Shown: positions 12,420 through 25,631 of the stretch, piece after piece
Layout: every line of letters begins with the position of its first letter
Numbering within the stretch: the stretch's first letter is position 1
Origin: Callorhinchus milii
Taxonomy: Eukaryota
Assembly: GCF_018977255.1 (NCBI RefSeq)
Contig: NW_024704742.1
Location: forward strand, 67,644,001-67,708,000
Length of the DNA: 64,000 bases
Reading direction: 5' to 3'
Notes under the pieces: generated by a model
Told to the model about the DNA's origin: nothing
Databases searched by the model: none
The model's input: only the letters and a program-made list of their open reading frames with translations
Made by a program: the position numbers and the translations under genes

Positions 12420-13835
12420 TACAACAACAACAACTTGGATTTATATAGTGCCCTCCACACCGGATGGCATCTCAGAGCGCTTTACAGTTTCGGATCCCGG
12501 GACCGAGCCAGGGGGAGGGGGGGAGAAGGTGACCAAAGTCGCAGTCGAAAAGAAAGGTCTTCAGCAGAGCCCTGAAAATGGGATGGGAGGGAGCGAGACG
12601 AAGTGAGGAAGGCAGTTCCAAAGCCTCGGGGCATAGTGGCTGAAGGCACGGCCACCGAGGGTGGAGCGGAGGACTCAGGGGATAAGGAGGAGGCCAGACC
12701 TGGAGGAACAAAGGCAATGGGTGCTGTTTTGAGGAGAGAGGTCCAGAGGGGGGTACAGAGGAGTGCAAGGACTTGAATACAAGGGTGAGGATCTTGGAAG
12801 TCGATCCTCTCTGGGATAGGCAGCCAGTGTAGTCTGGCAAGGACCGGAGTGATCGGGGAGCGGACTTTCGTGCGGGTGAGAATGCGGGCGGCAGAGTTCT
12901 GAATGAGTTGCGACTTTATGGATGGGAGACCAGCGAGGAGGGCATTGGAGTAGTCCAGCCGAGAGGTGACAAAGGCATGGACCAGAGGGCTTTTGGGGAG
13001 AGGTATTAGCGGAGACGGGCAATGCGATGGACGTGGAGAAAAGCAGTGCTGATAAGGGACCAGATGTGGGGGAGGAAGGATAATTGGGGGTCGAATCTAA
13101 CGCCTAGGTTGTGTACCGGTTCGGAGAGTTTTAGGAGGAGGTCGGGTAGGTGGAGGAGGTGAAAACCATGAGATTTTAGACGTTGACGAGAGCCGAAGAG
13201 TATGGTTTCCGTCTTGTCAACGTTCAGCTGAAGGAAGTTTGCGCTCATCCAGCCCCTGAGGGCTGACAGGCAGCCTGACAGAACATCAGGGGACTGGGGG
13301 TTGCAAAGAGAGGTGGAAAAGTAGAATTGAGTGTCATCTGCATACATGTGGAAATGTACCCCATGTCTGCGGATGACATCCCCCAGAGGGAGCATGTAGA
13401 TCAGAAAGAGGAGGGGGCCAAGGATGGATACTTGGGGTACCCCACAGGTAACCGGGTGACAGCAGGAGGAGAAGCCGTTTATCCAGATGTACCTCTGGTG
13501 GTTTGTGAGGTAGGACTCGAACCAGGCGAGTGCGGTCCCACTGAGGTGGATGACGGAGGAAAGGCGGTGGAGGAGGATGGCGTGATCAACTGTGTCAAAC
13601 GCAGCGGAGAGGTCCAGGAGGACAAGAAGGCAGAGGGAGCCCTGGTCACAGATAGAGAGGATGTCGTTTGTGACTTTCACAAGCGCAGTTTCTGTACTGT
13701 GGGCAGAGCGGAAACCGGACTGGAGGGGTTCAAAGAGGGAGTGGGAGGAGAAATGAGCGCGGAGTTAGTTGGCCACAACCCGTTCTAGACCTTTTGAGAG
13801 GAAGGGCAGATTAGAAATGGGTGGGTAATGGCTGG
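12420..13835 (-). mobile_element. L2 LINE 3' portion with RT domain
   Basis: ORF 13006..13680 has [23 protein letters not shown]; (TTG)n tail at 12420. Confidence 0.95.
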
Positions 13836-14249
13836 GGTATGCTATCAGAGATAAACAACAGAGTCTCATTGTGCTTCTAGGAATATGTCAACATTGCTGC
13901 TATCAGAGTCTCAAGACTCTGCAGAGAATAATGCAAATGCTGCCTTCAAAACTATTTTATAAAAAATATTGATGTAATTTTTTGTATAGAATTATTGGCT
14001 AACAGTTACTGACTACATAAGATTCTTTCCTCAGAACTAACATCTCCCTCCACATTTTTGGTGCTTGATGTTTTTAATGTTGGAAAATGAAAAATAGAAG
14101 TTTTAATTATTTTGATCGTACATACGATCACACACACAACAGGAAATCTTCCAGAATCATTCTACCACAATACACTTCTTCCAATATCACTCAGTGTTTG
14201 ATCCTCTATTATTTATAGGCATTCCCTGTTGCCTGACACATGCCGTAAT

Positions 14250-15160
14250 GCTTACTCATTAGGGCTTTGGCTTACAGTATTAGCCAGAGCAGAGTAGGAA
14301 GGATACCTGGCCCCAGTGACGCACAAGAGAATTGGCACCATCTTCCTTAACCACAGCTCTGAGGCACATCCCTTCCCATTGACTGATGATTCCATCTGTT
14401 GGAGGTGTGGATGTGGGTTGCAGCTGCTTACCTCGCTGAAAACCAATCAAGGTGTATTCCAAGCTCTGGATATACGAACACATATTCATGAACTCGGGAC
14501 ACCAGGTAGCGCCTTTCAGATGTTGCCCCAAGCTTCAGAGTGTCCTCATCACTTATCTGACAGACTTCTACCTTTAATGTGATGGAGGACCATTACAGGA
14601 CAGTTTGTGACATGCCATCCACCTTAATTTTCTAGAGATCCAAGTCCAATGCTATTTACCAGTGTTACTCAGCACCAGCTGTTTAATCCCTCTGTCAAGC
14701 CAACTCTGCTTGCAAGGTGCTCAGTGACAGATCAGTATTGGTCTTAGCCCTCCCTCCATGCAATTGCTTCCTATTCCTATTTGTCACAAATCTACCTCAC
14801 TCTTTAATCCCGGACTTTGCAAAATGGAGGAAGCCTCTCCACTACATGTTCAGGAATTTAGAACCATAAAAAGAGAATGGTTTGGAATGAGGTCTTATGA
14901 GCCACAAGCTTGATCTGCATTAGTACCTTCTGTTCTTGAAGAGAGATGAGCATGACCAGAGTGCCCTTCGCCACTTCTCAAGCGGTCCCTCAGGGCAGAG
15001 CCCAAGCAGTGTCCTCTGATGCCCCTTGTATCTTCCAATCATACCCTTGATGTCCCCTCTTGAGCCACGCGGAACCAAGATTCCACACCATTAGGTCCCA
15101 CTGGGTGGACCAGTGTTCAAGATGGTGAGTGCAGCACATCATAACCCTGGGCAAGTCTGC
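14250..15160. repeat. Old interspersed repeat, same family as 8290-9080
   Basis: CACCATCTTCC...CATCCCTTCCCATT...CAGCTGCTTACCTC...AATCAAGGTG shared with 8760-8890. Confidence 0.45.
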
Positions 15161-15162
15161 CA

Positions 15163-16590
15163 GCAACAACAACAAGATTACATTTGTATAGCGCCTTTCA
15201 TGTCAGGAGGACATCCCAAGGTGCTGGACAGAGTACAGCATTTCATAACCGAGCTGGGGTTAGGAGGGAGGGGAGGGGAAAGGGGGTGGCCGATGGCATA
15301 GTTGAAGGAGGGTCCTGAGGCGGGACTTGAAGGAGACTAAGGAGGCGGCAAGGTGGAGTGACCGGGGGATGGAATTCCAGAGGTTGGGGGCAGAGTAGCT
15401 GAAGGGGCTCTCCCGCCAATGGTGGGGCGGGGGACATGGAGCAGGCCGGAGCCAGCTGAGCGGAGGAACGGGCGGGTTGGTAGGGGTTTAGGAGGTCGCA
15501 GAGGTAGGGTGGGGCGAGGCCATGGAGGGCTTTGTATGTGAGGACCAGGATCTTGAACTGGATCCTCTGAAGGATAGGGAGCCAATGGAGTCGGGCGAGA
15601 ATGGGGGAGATGGGGTCACGGAGTTTGGTGCGGGAGAGGACACGGGGTACAGAGTTCTGGATTATCTGCAGCCTGTGGAGGGAGGAGTTGGGAAGGTCAA
15701 CAAGCAGGCTGTTTGCATAGTCGAGTCTGGAGGTGATGAAGGCATGAACAAGAGTTTCAGCGGCCTGAGGGGTGAGGTATCATCCACAAACAGATGCACA
15801 AACAACAATTCTGTCACAAAGGCCTGGAACAAGTTCACCAAGTTCATCCCCTTGATGCTATCAAACACATCAACAACTCATTTGTATCATCCTGGATGAT
15901 CTGCAGCTTGTGGAGGGAAGAGTTGAGGAGGCTGGCAAGGAGGGAGTTTCTGTAATCGAGCCTTGAGGTTCGAAGATGTGGAGGGAGGGATGGGTAGGGA
16001 TCAGCGTGTGTAGGGAGGGGGGAAGATGGGGAGGGTGGAGGCAGCTGATTGGATCCCCTCATTTTGGACTCAAGGAAATCCAGCATCGCCTCACAGTCAG
16101 AGTTTGAGGAGAGAATGGGCAAGGCGAGAGAGGGTGGATGGAGGAGCCAGGTGGTGGAGAAGAGGAACCTGGGGTTGTCCTTCGCCTCCAAGATTATCTT
16201 AATAATAATAATCCTTGCATTTGATATAGCGCTTTTCACATCGGGAGGACGTCCCAAAGCGCTTCACAGAACACACTGTAAAGTGAATTGACTGTATATT
16301 TGTGGGCGAACGCGGCAGCCAATTGCACACAGCAATGTCCCACAAACAGTCGTAGATTGAAAATGACTAATTTATTATTGTTTTTGGTTTTGGAGGGATT
16401 ATTATTAGGCTCTGTGTGGAGTAAGGAAACTTGCCCAAGGTTTCGCCCTCTGCCTGGAATTGAACTCAGGTCTCTCACTTGCAAAGCGAGTGCTCTAACC
16501 ACTGAGCTACAGGACTCCACGTAGAAGGACAATTTGGGGAGGCGAGTGCGGAGCAGTACGTTTTGATGTAGTCCAGCCAGATCTGCCAAC
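15163..16590 (-). mobile_element. L2 LINE fragments (3' end 15163-15775; further pieces to 16590)
   Basis: L2 tail/hairpin; SRLDYRNSLL..LHKLQIIQ; KDNPRFLFST. Confidence 0.85.
16200..16520 (-). mobile_element. Young tRNA-SINE, full length, inserted into L2
   Basis: Near-perfect reverse complement of 11747-12060. Confidence 0.95.
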
Positions 16591-16599
16591 ATCAATTCC

Positions 16600-17445
16600 T
16601 TGATGAGAGCTAACTTTCTTCAGCTGAACGTCAACAAGACCGAGGCTCTCCTGATTTGCTCCTGTCAGCTCCTCCTCACTTCATGCACTGACAGCATCAC
16701 CATCCATGTTTGCACACTCCACGTTGCTAAGGCAGTCTGGAACCTTGGGGTCTTGTTTGACCTTCAACTAACCTTTCTACCCTATATCTACGCCATGACT
16801 CGCTCTGCCTTTCCCACCTCCACAACGTTGCCCGACTCCGCTACTATCTCACACTGCAGCCGCCGAAACCCTCATAAACGCCTTCATTACATCGAGGCTC
16901 AACTATGCAAACTCATTGCTTGTCGGCCTCCCCAACTCCCCTCCCTCCACAAGCTGCAGATCATCCAGAACTCTGCAGCCCATGTCCTCTCTCTCACTAG
17001 GCTCCGCAACCCTATCACCCCCATCCTCGCCCAACTCCACTGCATCCTATCACACAGAGGATACAGTTCAAGATCCTGGTCCTCACCTTCAAAGCCCTCC
17101 ACGGTCTTGCTCCCTCCTACCTCTGCGATCTCCTGAACCTCTGACACCCTGTTCACTCCTTCCACTCAGCGGGCTCCAGCCTGCTTCATGTCCCCCGCCT
17201 TGCTCACCTCACTATTAGCCGGCGCGCCTTCTGCCCCTCTGCCGCCACCCTCTGGAACTCCATCCCGCAGTCCCTCTGCCTCGCCCCCTCCCTTGCCACC
17301 TTCAAGACCCATCTCAAGATCCTCCTCTTTGGCCATGCTTTCGATCTCCCTGCTTCCCCCCCTGCTCGTGTTCGTAACTGTCTGTACAGCACCTTGGGAC
17401 ATGTTCCTGATGTGTAAGGCGCTTTACAAATGTAATTGTTGTTGT
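16600..17445 (+). mobile_element. L2 LINE 3' portion
   Basis: [18 protein letters not shown] ... LHKLQIIQNSAAHVL; L2 tail. Confidence 0.9.
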
Positions 17446-17549
17446 GGAGTAGAGTGAGCGAGGAGGATAAATCAGTGCAGGAGGTAGGCCAGAGGGTGAG
17501 GAGTTCAGATGACCCTAGGGCAACAAAGAGGGATTGCAGGGAGATTTTT

Positions 17550-17790
17550 TTCAATGGGTGGTAGGAGATGGAGGTGGGTTGGGTGGCGAGGGGGTTGAGG
17601 AGTCAAAGGAGATTAAATGGTGATCGGAGATGGCTTTGTCTGTGATTGTGAGGTCTGAGACTTGGCGGTCCCGTGTAATCACCAAGTCGAGAGGGTGGCC
17701 ATGAGCGTGGGTAGCAGAGTGGATGTGGAGGGAGAGGTTGTGAGAGGAGAGAAGTCCGAGGAGATGGAGCATGAAGCGGTGAAATGAAGG
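17550..17790 (-). mobile_element. L2 LINE endonuclease fragment
   Basis: ATHAHGHPLDLVITR...ISDHHLISF (APE C-terminal motifs). Confidence 0.85.
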
Positions 17791-18990
17791 TTGCAGTTAA
17801 GATTATTATATTTTATTGTATTACATCATTATACTTTATATGATATTATTATACTTTATATAATAGGAGATCCCTTTATTAGTCTTTATTAGTATAAAAT
17901 AGATGTATCTCTCTAGAAGGATGTGTGATTTTCTCTGTCGCTACTTTGTTGCAGAATATCATGCATACCTCATATTTTGTGGCTTAATTAAAACANTTTT
18001 TAAATATAGTTCATCAATGATGGGAGATCCCAAAACAAAATATGCCCATGACACTCCCCCATGCAAGACCGGTCCAATGTGGTATACATCATGTCTCGAC
18101 GTCAATCCGTTATTGCGTTATTGGCAGACACCCAGACGCATAGACATTTTGTCTTTATCAGAATAAAGATAATTCTATCCCCTCCCCCTCTCAATCTAAT
18201 ACAGATCCTTTGGTTTCCCTTGAAGATGCAAATTAAATGGGTGTATACCAGCTATGAAAATGAGTTTTGAAACCCTGACACACCAGAGTTCCTGCTCAGA
18301 AAAACAAGTCGATACCAACACGATGCTTTGAACAGTCAAGAATATTAAAACCAAAACACAAAATCTTGAAGAGTATTACGATTCCTAACTAATCTTTTCA
18401 AACTGCAAACTGTCAACTTTGTACCCTTGCAGAGGCCATAATGATTGTAGCGCAATATTTATTTTCATCTGCAGTGTCTAGATTGGCTTCATGCCCTCAG
18501 TAGCCACCATTCACTCCCAAAACTTCCATTTACTGTAAAGTGAATTGACTGTATACTTAATGGGTAGCAGAGAGGTCGATTTAGGTTAATGCTTTTGTAA
18601 CTGTAAGTGAAAGTCTTCAAACACGATGGGAAAAAAGGTTGTGCGGGGTTTAAATTAAAAACGTTCAAAGTAGAATCCATCCAAAGCCTTTTATTGACGC
18701 ACAGCTTAAAAACAAAACAAGAAACCCGCCCAAATCACACCTAAATTACTACAAGTGTCGTAAATCCGAAGCAAAAATAATATTATTATTATTATTGTTA
18801 AGTCGGAACAAAAACAGAAGAAACTCTCCCAGTCTGGCAACACCGAACATAAAGTGATGATCAGATCAGGGCTTGGCAGAAATTTAAAAACCGCTTGTGG
18901 ATCAAAGTCACCCAAACACTAACCCCAGAGCTGCCCCATTATTTACTGTGCGTTTCCTCCTAAATTCAGGCACTTTTGAAACTGTGTAAG

Positions 18991-19212
18991 TAATAATAAT
19001 AATAATAATAATCCTTGCATTTGATATAGCGCTTTTCACGTCGGGAGGACGTCCCAAAGGCTTCACAGAACACACTGTAAAGTGAATTGACTGCATATTT
19101 GTGGGCGAACGCGGCAGCCAATTGCGCACAGCAATGTCCCACAAACAGTCGTAGATTGAAAATGACCAATTTATTATTGTTTTTGGTTTTGGAGGGATTA
19201 TTATTAGGCTCT
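18991..19212 (-). mobile_element. Young SINE, 5'-truncated
   Basis: Matches the 3' two-thirds of 11747-12060; (TTA)n tail. Confidence 0.93.
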
Positions 19213-19789
19213 TCAAGTGCGGAAACGTTTAAATTAAAATAATTGCAAGTAAAGGCACCCGCACAAAACAGTTGTTTTTTTCTCTACACATCCGCATTAC
19301 AACAAAACCCGTCCCCCCACCCCCCACCCCAGAAAAAAATGGGATTCAAATTCAAATAAATTCAAATAAAGTGAACTTGTAGCCCAAAGTCAACCGAACA
19401 CCAGCTTTGCCTCCTAATGGTTTGCAGAGTGACCGGATTTAGGTCAGCGCTTTTGAAACCGTGCAGGTAAAGATCTTCAAAGAGGGTGTGTGTGTGTGTG
19501 TGTGTGGAGGTTTTTTTTTGCCAAGATATCAACCCCCCCCCAAAAAAAATGTAAGTCATGTCTTGACCAACAGCCACAGCGGGGAAAAAAAAAGGGCAAA
19601 TACAACGCAACATAACCCGCCTGATCCGACAAGACTGAACTGCAGTGGACGACGGTGGGGGGGGGGAGGGGTGGGGGGGGGGGGGGGGGGGGGGGGGAGG
19701 GGTGGGGTGGGGTGGGGGGAGAAGATAAAAGGTAGAAAATATGCGCGGCCAAAGCTTAACAATTATATAAAATAAAAGGCCGGTTCTCC

Positions 19790-20700
19790 AGTTGGACTGC
19801 GCCACAGAAATCGATCCTTACCTCTCAAAAGACGACCCCATCGTTCCTCAGCGGCACCTCCTGAGACACTGCGGGCCCGAGTCCCTCCATAGCCATCCTC
19901 ACGGGGGGAGGGAGGGAGGGAGGGGGAGGGGGGAGGGGGGGTGTGTGTCGGGTTTACTATTAGATAACAATTTATTTACACAAATGCACACACATTGCCC
20001 CCCCCCGCCGCCGCCCGGCGGCACACACGCGCGTAATGGTAACACATCAGATTTTCTCTCGTTCTTCTTCTTCTTCTCCTTCTCCTCCTCCTCGACAAAA
20101 AAAATCTGACAACAGTAACGAGGAGCGGAGAGGCAGAGCAGAGCACAGCCGCGCCCACACCGACTGGGAGCAACTCGACGCCAAGGCACTGATGGACGGG
20201 GCAGGAGGATGAGGATGAGGGTGAGGGGGTGGGGCGGGGGGGGGGGGGGGGGGGTGGGGCGAGCGCGTGAAGCGGGACGAAAAAAACCGTCAACGGTCAC
20301 TCCGGTGCGCGAGGAGATGGTGATGACTCCCGCCCCCTCGTCACCGCGCTTCACTCCCCGTGATTGACGGCGCCGTCGGCCAATAGCGGCGGTGACTCCG
20401 GGAAGCGGGGGGCGGGCACTGCGATGGGGGCGTGTCCTCCGCCGCCCACCCCCCCCCCCCGCGATGGAGCCGCTCCTCTCCCGAGGTCCCACAGGAGCAA
20501 TGGAGTGCAGCTTGTGCTCCCCCCCCCCCCCTCCCCCTCTGCCATCAGAGGGTGAACATCACAGGATCGGTTTCACGCAATGTAACTGACACTGCGGGGA
20601 ATCAATCCTGTGTTTACGGGGACGTGGCAGTGCAGCTTGAACGCCCTGTCGTTTTCATGGCGGACAATGAGCCGTCGCTGCTACTTGAATGGAGAAGGGA
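19790..20700 (-). promoter_or_regulatory. CpG island / TATA-less promoter and first exon, probably of ST3GAL5
   Basis: The only strongly CpG-rich unique stretch in the window; GC boxes (about 20231, 20330, 20408, 20444), CCAAT 20380-20384, TGACG 20365-20369; strong minus-strand donor GAG|GTAAGG at 19822/19821. Confidence 0.75.
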
Positions 20701-20794
20701 GATTTCTCCCGGTGTCCCGGGCAACAATTCCTCCACATCAAATTGGTCAATCACTTCATGGCTATTTGTGGGATATTGCCCCCTCCCCACCCCA

Positions 20795-21090
20795 CCGCTG
20801 TGACCTGCTGACCCCGTATCAACCCGTCGGCCCCCTCCGCTGCTCAGGCTGATTAACGTGACTCAGCCCCTCTGCCCCCACCCTATGGCCCTCCATCCCA
20901 CAGCCCCGTCCCCTCGCCCCCTCCCTCGCCTCCTTCACGGCACGTCTCAAAGCCCTTCTCGTCCACCGAGCCTTCGGCCGCCCTCCCCGATCCCAACCCC
21001 CAGGGTACAAATCCCTGATGTCCAGCGGAGGGCGCGCCTGGGGACGTCCTCCCGACATGAAAGGCGCTATACAATATAATTTTGTATTGT
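20795..21090 (+). mobile_element. L2 3' end
   Basis: GGGACGTCCTCCCGACATGAAAGGCGCT tail. Confidence 0.8.
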
Positions 21091-21464
21091 AAGCCCGCTA
21101 AAGCAACAAGACAACAAAAATAATTTGCATTTATATAATGCACTTCACACGTGAAAGTCGCTTGGAGCGCAGTACAGAGGTGGGAATGAATGGCAAGCAA
21201 GGGCAACGGGGAGATAACCATAGGCGCGCTATAAGCTGTAGGCCTTCAGATGAGATTTAATGACAGATAAAGAGGGGCCAAGGCAAAGGGATTGAGACAG
21301 GGAGTTCAAGAGGTCAGAGCCATAGTGATTAAAGGCTTGGGCGAAGATGGTAGCATGAAGGAATCTGGGGCGGCAAAAGGTTTGTGTTAGTTGAGCAAAC
21401 GGGGCCCAGGTTCAGGGTTGGGAAGTTCAATTACAGGGCAGACACCAGGACGTAATAGTAATGA

Positions 21465-22632
21465 TAATAATAATAATGCATTTGATATAGCGCCTTATCT
21501 CAAAGAGATTCACAGAATAAACGCTGCCGCGTTTCGCCCACATTGATTGTATATTTTGTGGGCGGAACGCAGCAGCCAAATGCACACAGCTGTGTTCCAC
21601 AAAAAGTCATGGATTGAGTGCCAAATTATTATAATTTTTTTAATGGATTTTTATTATTATTAATCCTTGTAAATAGTTGGGATTATAGATAAGAATCATT
21701 AGTATTGATCATGTATTGAATAGATGAATTAAGTAGAATGAATTAAAGGAATAAAAACTGCCATGCGACACAAGAAGAGAGGAAAAAAAGAGCTGCGGGA
21801 AGAGCCACGGGACGAGACTCGGAAGAGCCTTGAGAGGAAACTCGGAAGAGCCTCGCGAAGCGCCTCTGAGGAATCTCTGGAGAGCCTCTGGAGAGTCTTT
21901 GAGGAGCCTCTGAAGAGAAAGGTAGAAAGAGGAGAAAGGGAGAAAGAGAAGCGGGTAGAAGGAAAGAGGATAAGTCCAGCTCTCGCCGGAGTGGACCGCA
22001 AAGAGGACAAGTTCAGCCTTAGACGTTTGCAGCCAGCAGCAAACATTTAATTTAAAAATTAAACAGTGTTTAATTTTTGTGCCAACCTTAGAACTTCCAT
22101 CACGATTTCCTGCCTGCTTGATTGTGTGTCTCCTACTTACTAAAACACACACCTAACATACATACAAAACAGTTAGAGATGATTTAGGACATTTCATATA
22201 TCACATAATTTTTTTATATATGTTTAGAATTTTAGTATTGAGTGTATTTTGTTAAGTAGTAATTTAGTAAGCTTTAGTAATGCATCTTGTTAAGATAGTG
22301 CTTTAGTAGTCATTTTAAGTGCGACTAGTAATGATAATGCGTCGGGTGTAATGTAATGTTTATGCTTGTGTGGTTTTATATTTGCTAACAAAACGTTTTA
22401 ATAATATCCTTGGTGTGGTTTCTGACAAACGCTTGAACCCCAAAATTTCACATCCTCCCAGAAAAGCAATCCCCACCAATCGACTAACAACCGGGTTGCT
22501 ACTTACTGCTAGTTAAACAGATATGTGTATAGTAAGGAATCTTACCCAACATTTCACCCTGTCCTGGAATCAAACCCAGTCCTCTCGCTTGCAGGCGAGT
22601 GCTCTACCACTAAGCTACAGGACTCTTCCACC
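21465..22632 (-). mobile_element. Older tRNA-SINE split by a solo LTR
   Basis: Tail/core at about 21465-21667, head (CTACAGGACTC) at 22453-22632. Confidence 0.8.
21668..22452. mobile_element. Solo LTR (785 bp)
   Basis: TGTAAAT...ATTTCACA termini; 4-bp TSD TCCT (21664-21667, 22453-22456). Confidence 0.8.
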
Positions 22633-22669
22633 TGTAGGTTAGTGGTTAGTCCCCACTTTATTGCCTCTA

Positions 22670-23635
22670 ACGTTTTTTCCTCCAGCCCCCATACTGTCAC
22701 ATCTGGCATCTCCCAGGGTTCTGTCCTTGGCCCTCTCCTCTTTAATATCTACATCATCCGCAGACAAGGGGCCAACTTCCATATGTATGCGGATGACACC
22801 CAACTCTATCTTTCTGCCTCCACCCTCAACTCCAGGACCACTGCTGTCCTGACAGACTGTCTGTCGGACATCAAGTCCTGGATGAGGGTAAATTTCCTAC
22901 AGTTGAATGTGAACAAGACTGAGGCCCTCCTGATTGGCTCACGCCAGCGCCTCAGCATCTCAGGCTCTGGCAACATCAACCTCCATGGTTGCACACTTCA
23001 ACTCACCAAACCAGTCAGGAACCCAGGTGTCTTGTTCGATCCTCAACTGTCTTTTCTCTCCCACATTCAAGCCATGACCCGCTCTACCTTCCCTCACCTC
23101 CATAACATCGCCTGACTCCGCCACTACCTAACCTCAGGCCGCTGAAACTCTTGTTCATGCCTTCATCACCTCCAGGCTCAACTAAGCAAATGCCCTGCTT
23201 GTCGGCTTTCCCAACTCCTTCCTCCACAGGCTGCAGATAATCCAGAACTCTGTAGCCCGTGTCCTCTCCTGCATCAAACTCCATGACCCCATCCCCCCAA
23301 TTCTCGCCTGACTCCATTGGTTCCCTATCCTTCAGAGGATCCAGTTCAAGATCCTGGTCCTCACCTACAAAGCCCTCCACTGCCTCTGTGACCTCCTAAC
23401 CCCCTACCAACCTGCCAGTTCCCTCCGCTCAGCCGGTTCTGGCCTGCTCCACGTTCCCTGACCCACCCGCCCCACCATTGGCGGGAGGGCCTTCAGCCAC
23501 TCTGCCCCCAACCTCTGGAATTTCATCCCCCAGTCACTCCGCCTCACCCCCTCCTCAGCCTCCTTCAAGTCCCGCCTCAAGACCCTCCCTTTTGACCATG
23601 CCATCGGCCACCCCCCTTCCCCTCCCCTCCCGATA
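22670..23635 (+). mobile_element. L2 LINE RT/C-terminal fragment
   Basis: [21 protein letters not shown] motifs. Confidence 0.93.
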
Positions 23636-25631
23636 TCAAATGCAAGAATTATTATTTATTATTTTATTGCTGGCTGAAAGTAAGGGAGAGATCTGCTATC
23701 CTGTGTGAAGTGTATTATATAAATGCAAGTTGCATGCACTTCAATAGATTCAATTCCACTATACCCTATGGGTTCTCAATTTTGCTTAGTTTTCTCTCTT
23801 AACAAGCGAGTTGGTGTTTACTGTAGCCGTGTATCAAGACTAATGAATTATAGAATTATACAGCACAGAAGGAGGTCATTCGGCCCATTGTGTCTGTGCC
23901 GATTCTTTGAAAAGAGCTATCCAAATCAATCCCACTCCTCTGCTCTCTCCCCATAGCACTGCAAACTTATCCTCCCCAAATAATTATTTTCTCTCTTAAA
24001 AGTTGTTATCGAATCGGCTTCCACTACCCTTTCAGGCAATGCATTCCAGATCCGAAAAACTCGCAATGTGAAAAAATTTCTCCTCACCTCCCCTCCGTTT
24101 CTTTTGACAACTATTTTAAATCGGTGCCCTTGGGTTACTGACCCACCTGCCAGTGGAAATAGTTTCCCCTTCACCGTATTGAACGCCCTCATAATTTTCA
24201 ACACCTCTGTTAAATCTCCCCTCAACTTCCTCTGCTCCGAGGAGAATAACCCTAGCTTCTCTAACCTTTCCTGATAACTGATGTCCCTCATTCCTGGTAC
24301 CATCCTAGTAAATTTTCTTTGCACCCTCTCCAATACCTTGACATCATTCCTGAAGTGTGGTGCCCAGAATTGAACACAGTACTGAGGTCTAACCAATGTT
24401 TTGTACAGGTTCATCATAACTTCCTGACTTTTGTATTCTATGCCCCTATTTATAAAGCTTAGTATCCCGATTGCTTTTTTAACAGCTTTATCTCCCTGTC
24501 CTGCCACCTTCAAAGATTTACTTATATGACCTCCAGGTCTCTCTGTTCCTTCACCCCCTCTAAAATTCTACCATCAGCTTATATTGCCTCTCCTCATTCG
24601 TCCTCCCAAAATGTATCACTTCGCATATCCACAACAAAAACAACAAAGTTACATTTATAGAGCGCCTTTTACGTCGGGAGGACATCCCAAAGCACTGAAA
24701 ATATCTCCACATTAAACTTCATCTGCCACCTGTCTGCCCATTTTACTATGTCCTCTTGCAGTCTGCTACTATCCTCCTCACTGTTTACTACTTTTCCTAG
24801 CTTAGTATCATCTGCAAACTTGGAAATTGTACTCCCTATATCCAAGTCCAGGTCATTTATATAGATCAAAAACAGCAGTGGTTCCAACACCGATTCCTGA
24901 GGGACTCCACTGCACACTTCCCTCCAGTCAGAAAAACAACCGTCACCACCACGCTCTGCTTTCTGTCTCCCAGCCAGTTCTGCATGCATGCTGCCACTGT
25001 CCTTTTAATACGATGGGCTTCTATTTTTCTTATAAGTCTCCTATGTGGCACTTTATCAAACGCCTTCTGAAGAACCATACAAACTACATCAACTTCACCC
25101 TCTTCATCCACCCTTTCCATTACTTCATCAAAAGACTCTTATCAGGTTTGTAAGACGTGATTTACCGTTAACAAATCCGTGTTGACTGTCCTTTATTAAC
25201 CCATATTTTTCTAAGTGAAAATTTATTTTCTCCCTGATTACAGTCTCTCAAAGTTTCCCTACTACTGATGTTAGGCTGACTGGCCTGTAGTTCCCAGGTT
25301 TATCCTTCTGCCCCTTTTGTACAGGGGAGTAACATTTGCAACCCTCCAGTCCTCTGACATCACCCCGATGTCCAAGGAGGATTGAAAGATTGTGGCCAAA
25401 GCCTCCGTTGTTTCCACCCTTACTTCCCTCAGTAACCAAGGATGCATCCCGTCCGGACCGGGTGACTTATCAACCTTGAGCACCGACAACCTTTTTAGTA
25501 CCTCCTCTCAGTTTATTCTTATGTTATCCAATTTCTCTACCTTCTCCTCCGATACTGTGGCATTGGCTGCATCCTCTTCTTTTGTGAAGACAGATGCAAA
25601 GTACTCATTCAGTACATCAGCCATGCCCTCT

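Noticed and set aside
17800..18480. AT-rich unique segment with short ORFs (17903..18166)
   Set aside because: No recognisable homology or splice support; contains an N
19899..20492. 197-aa Pro/Arg/Gly-rich ORF and overlapping ORFs
   Set aside because: Artefact of the GC-rich island and homopolymer runs; no recognisable domain
21763..22050. 95-aa charged coiled-coil-like ORF
   Set aside because: Translation of the purine-rich repeat inside a solo LTR
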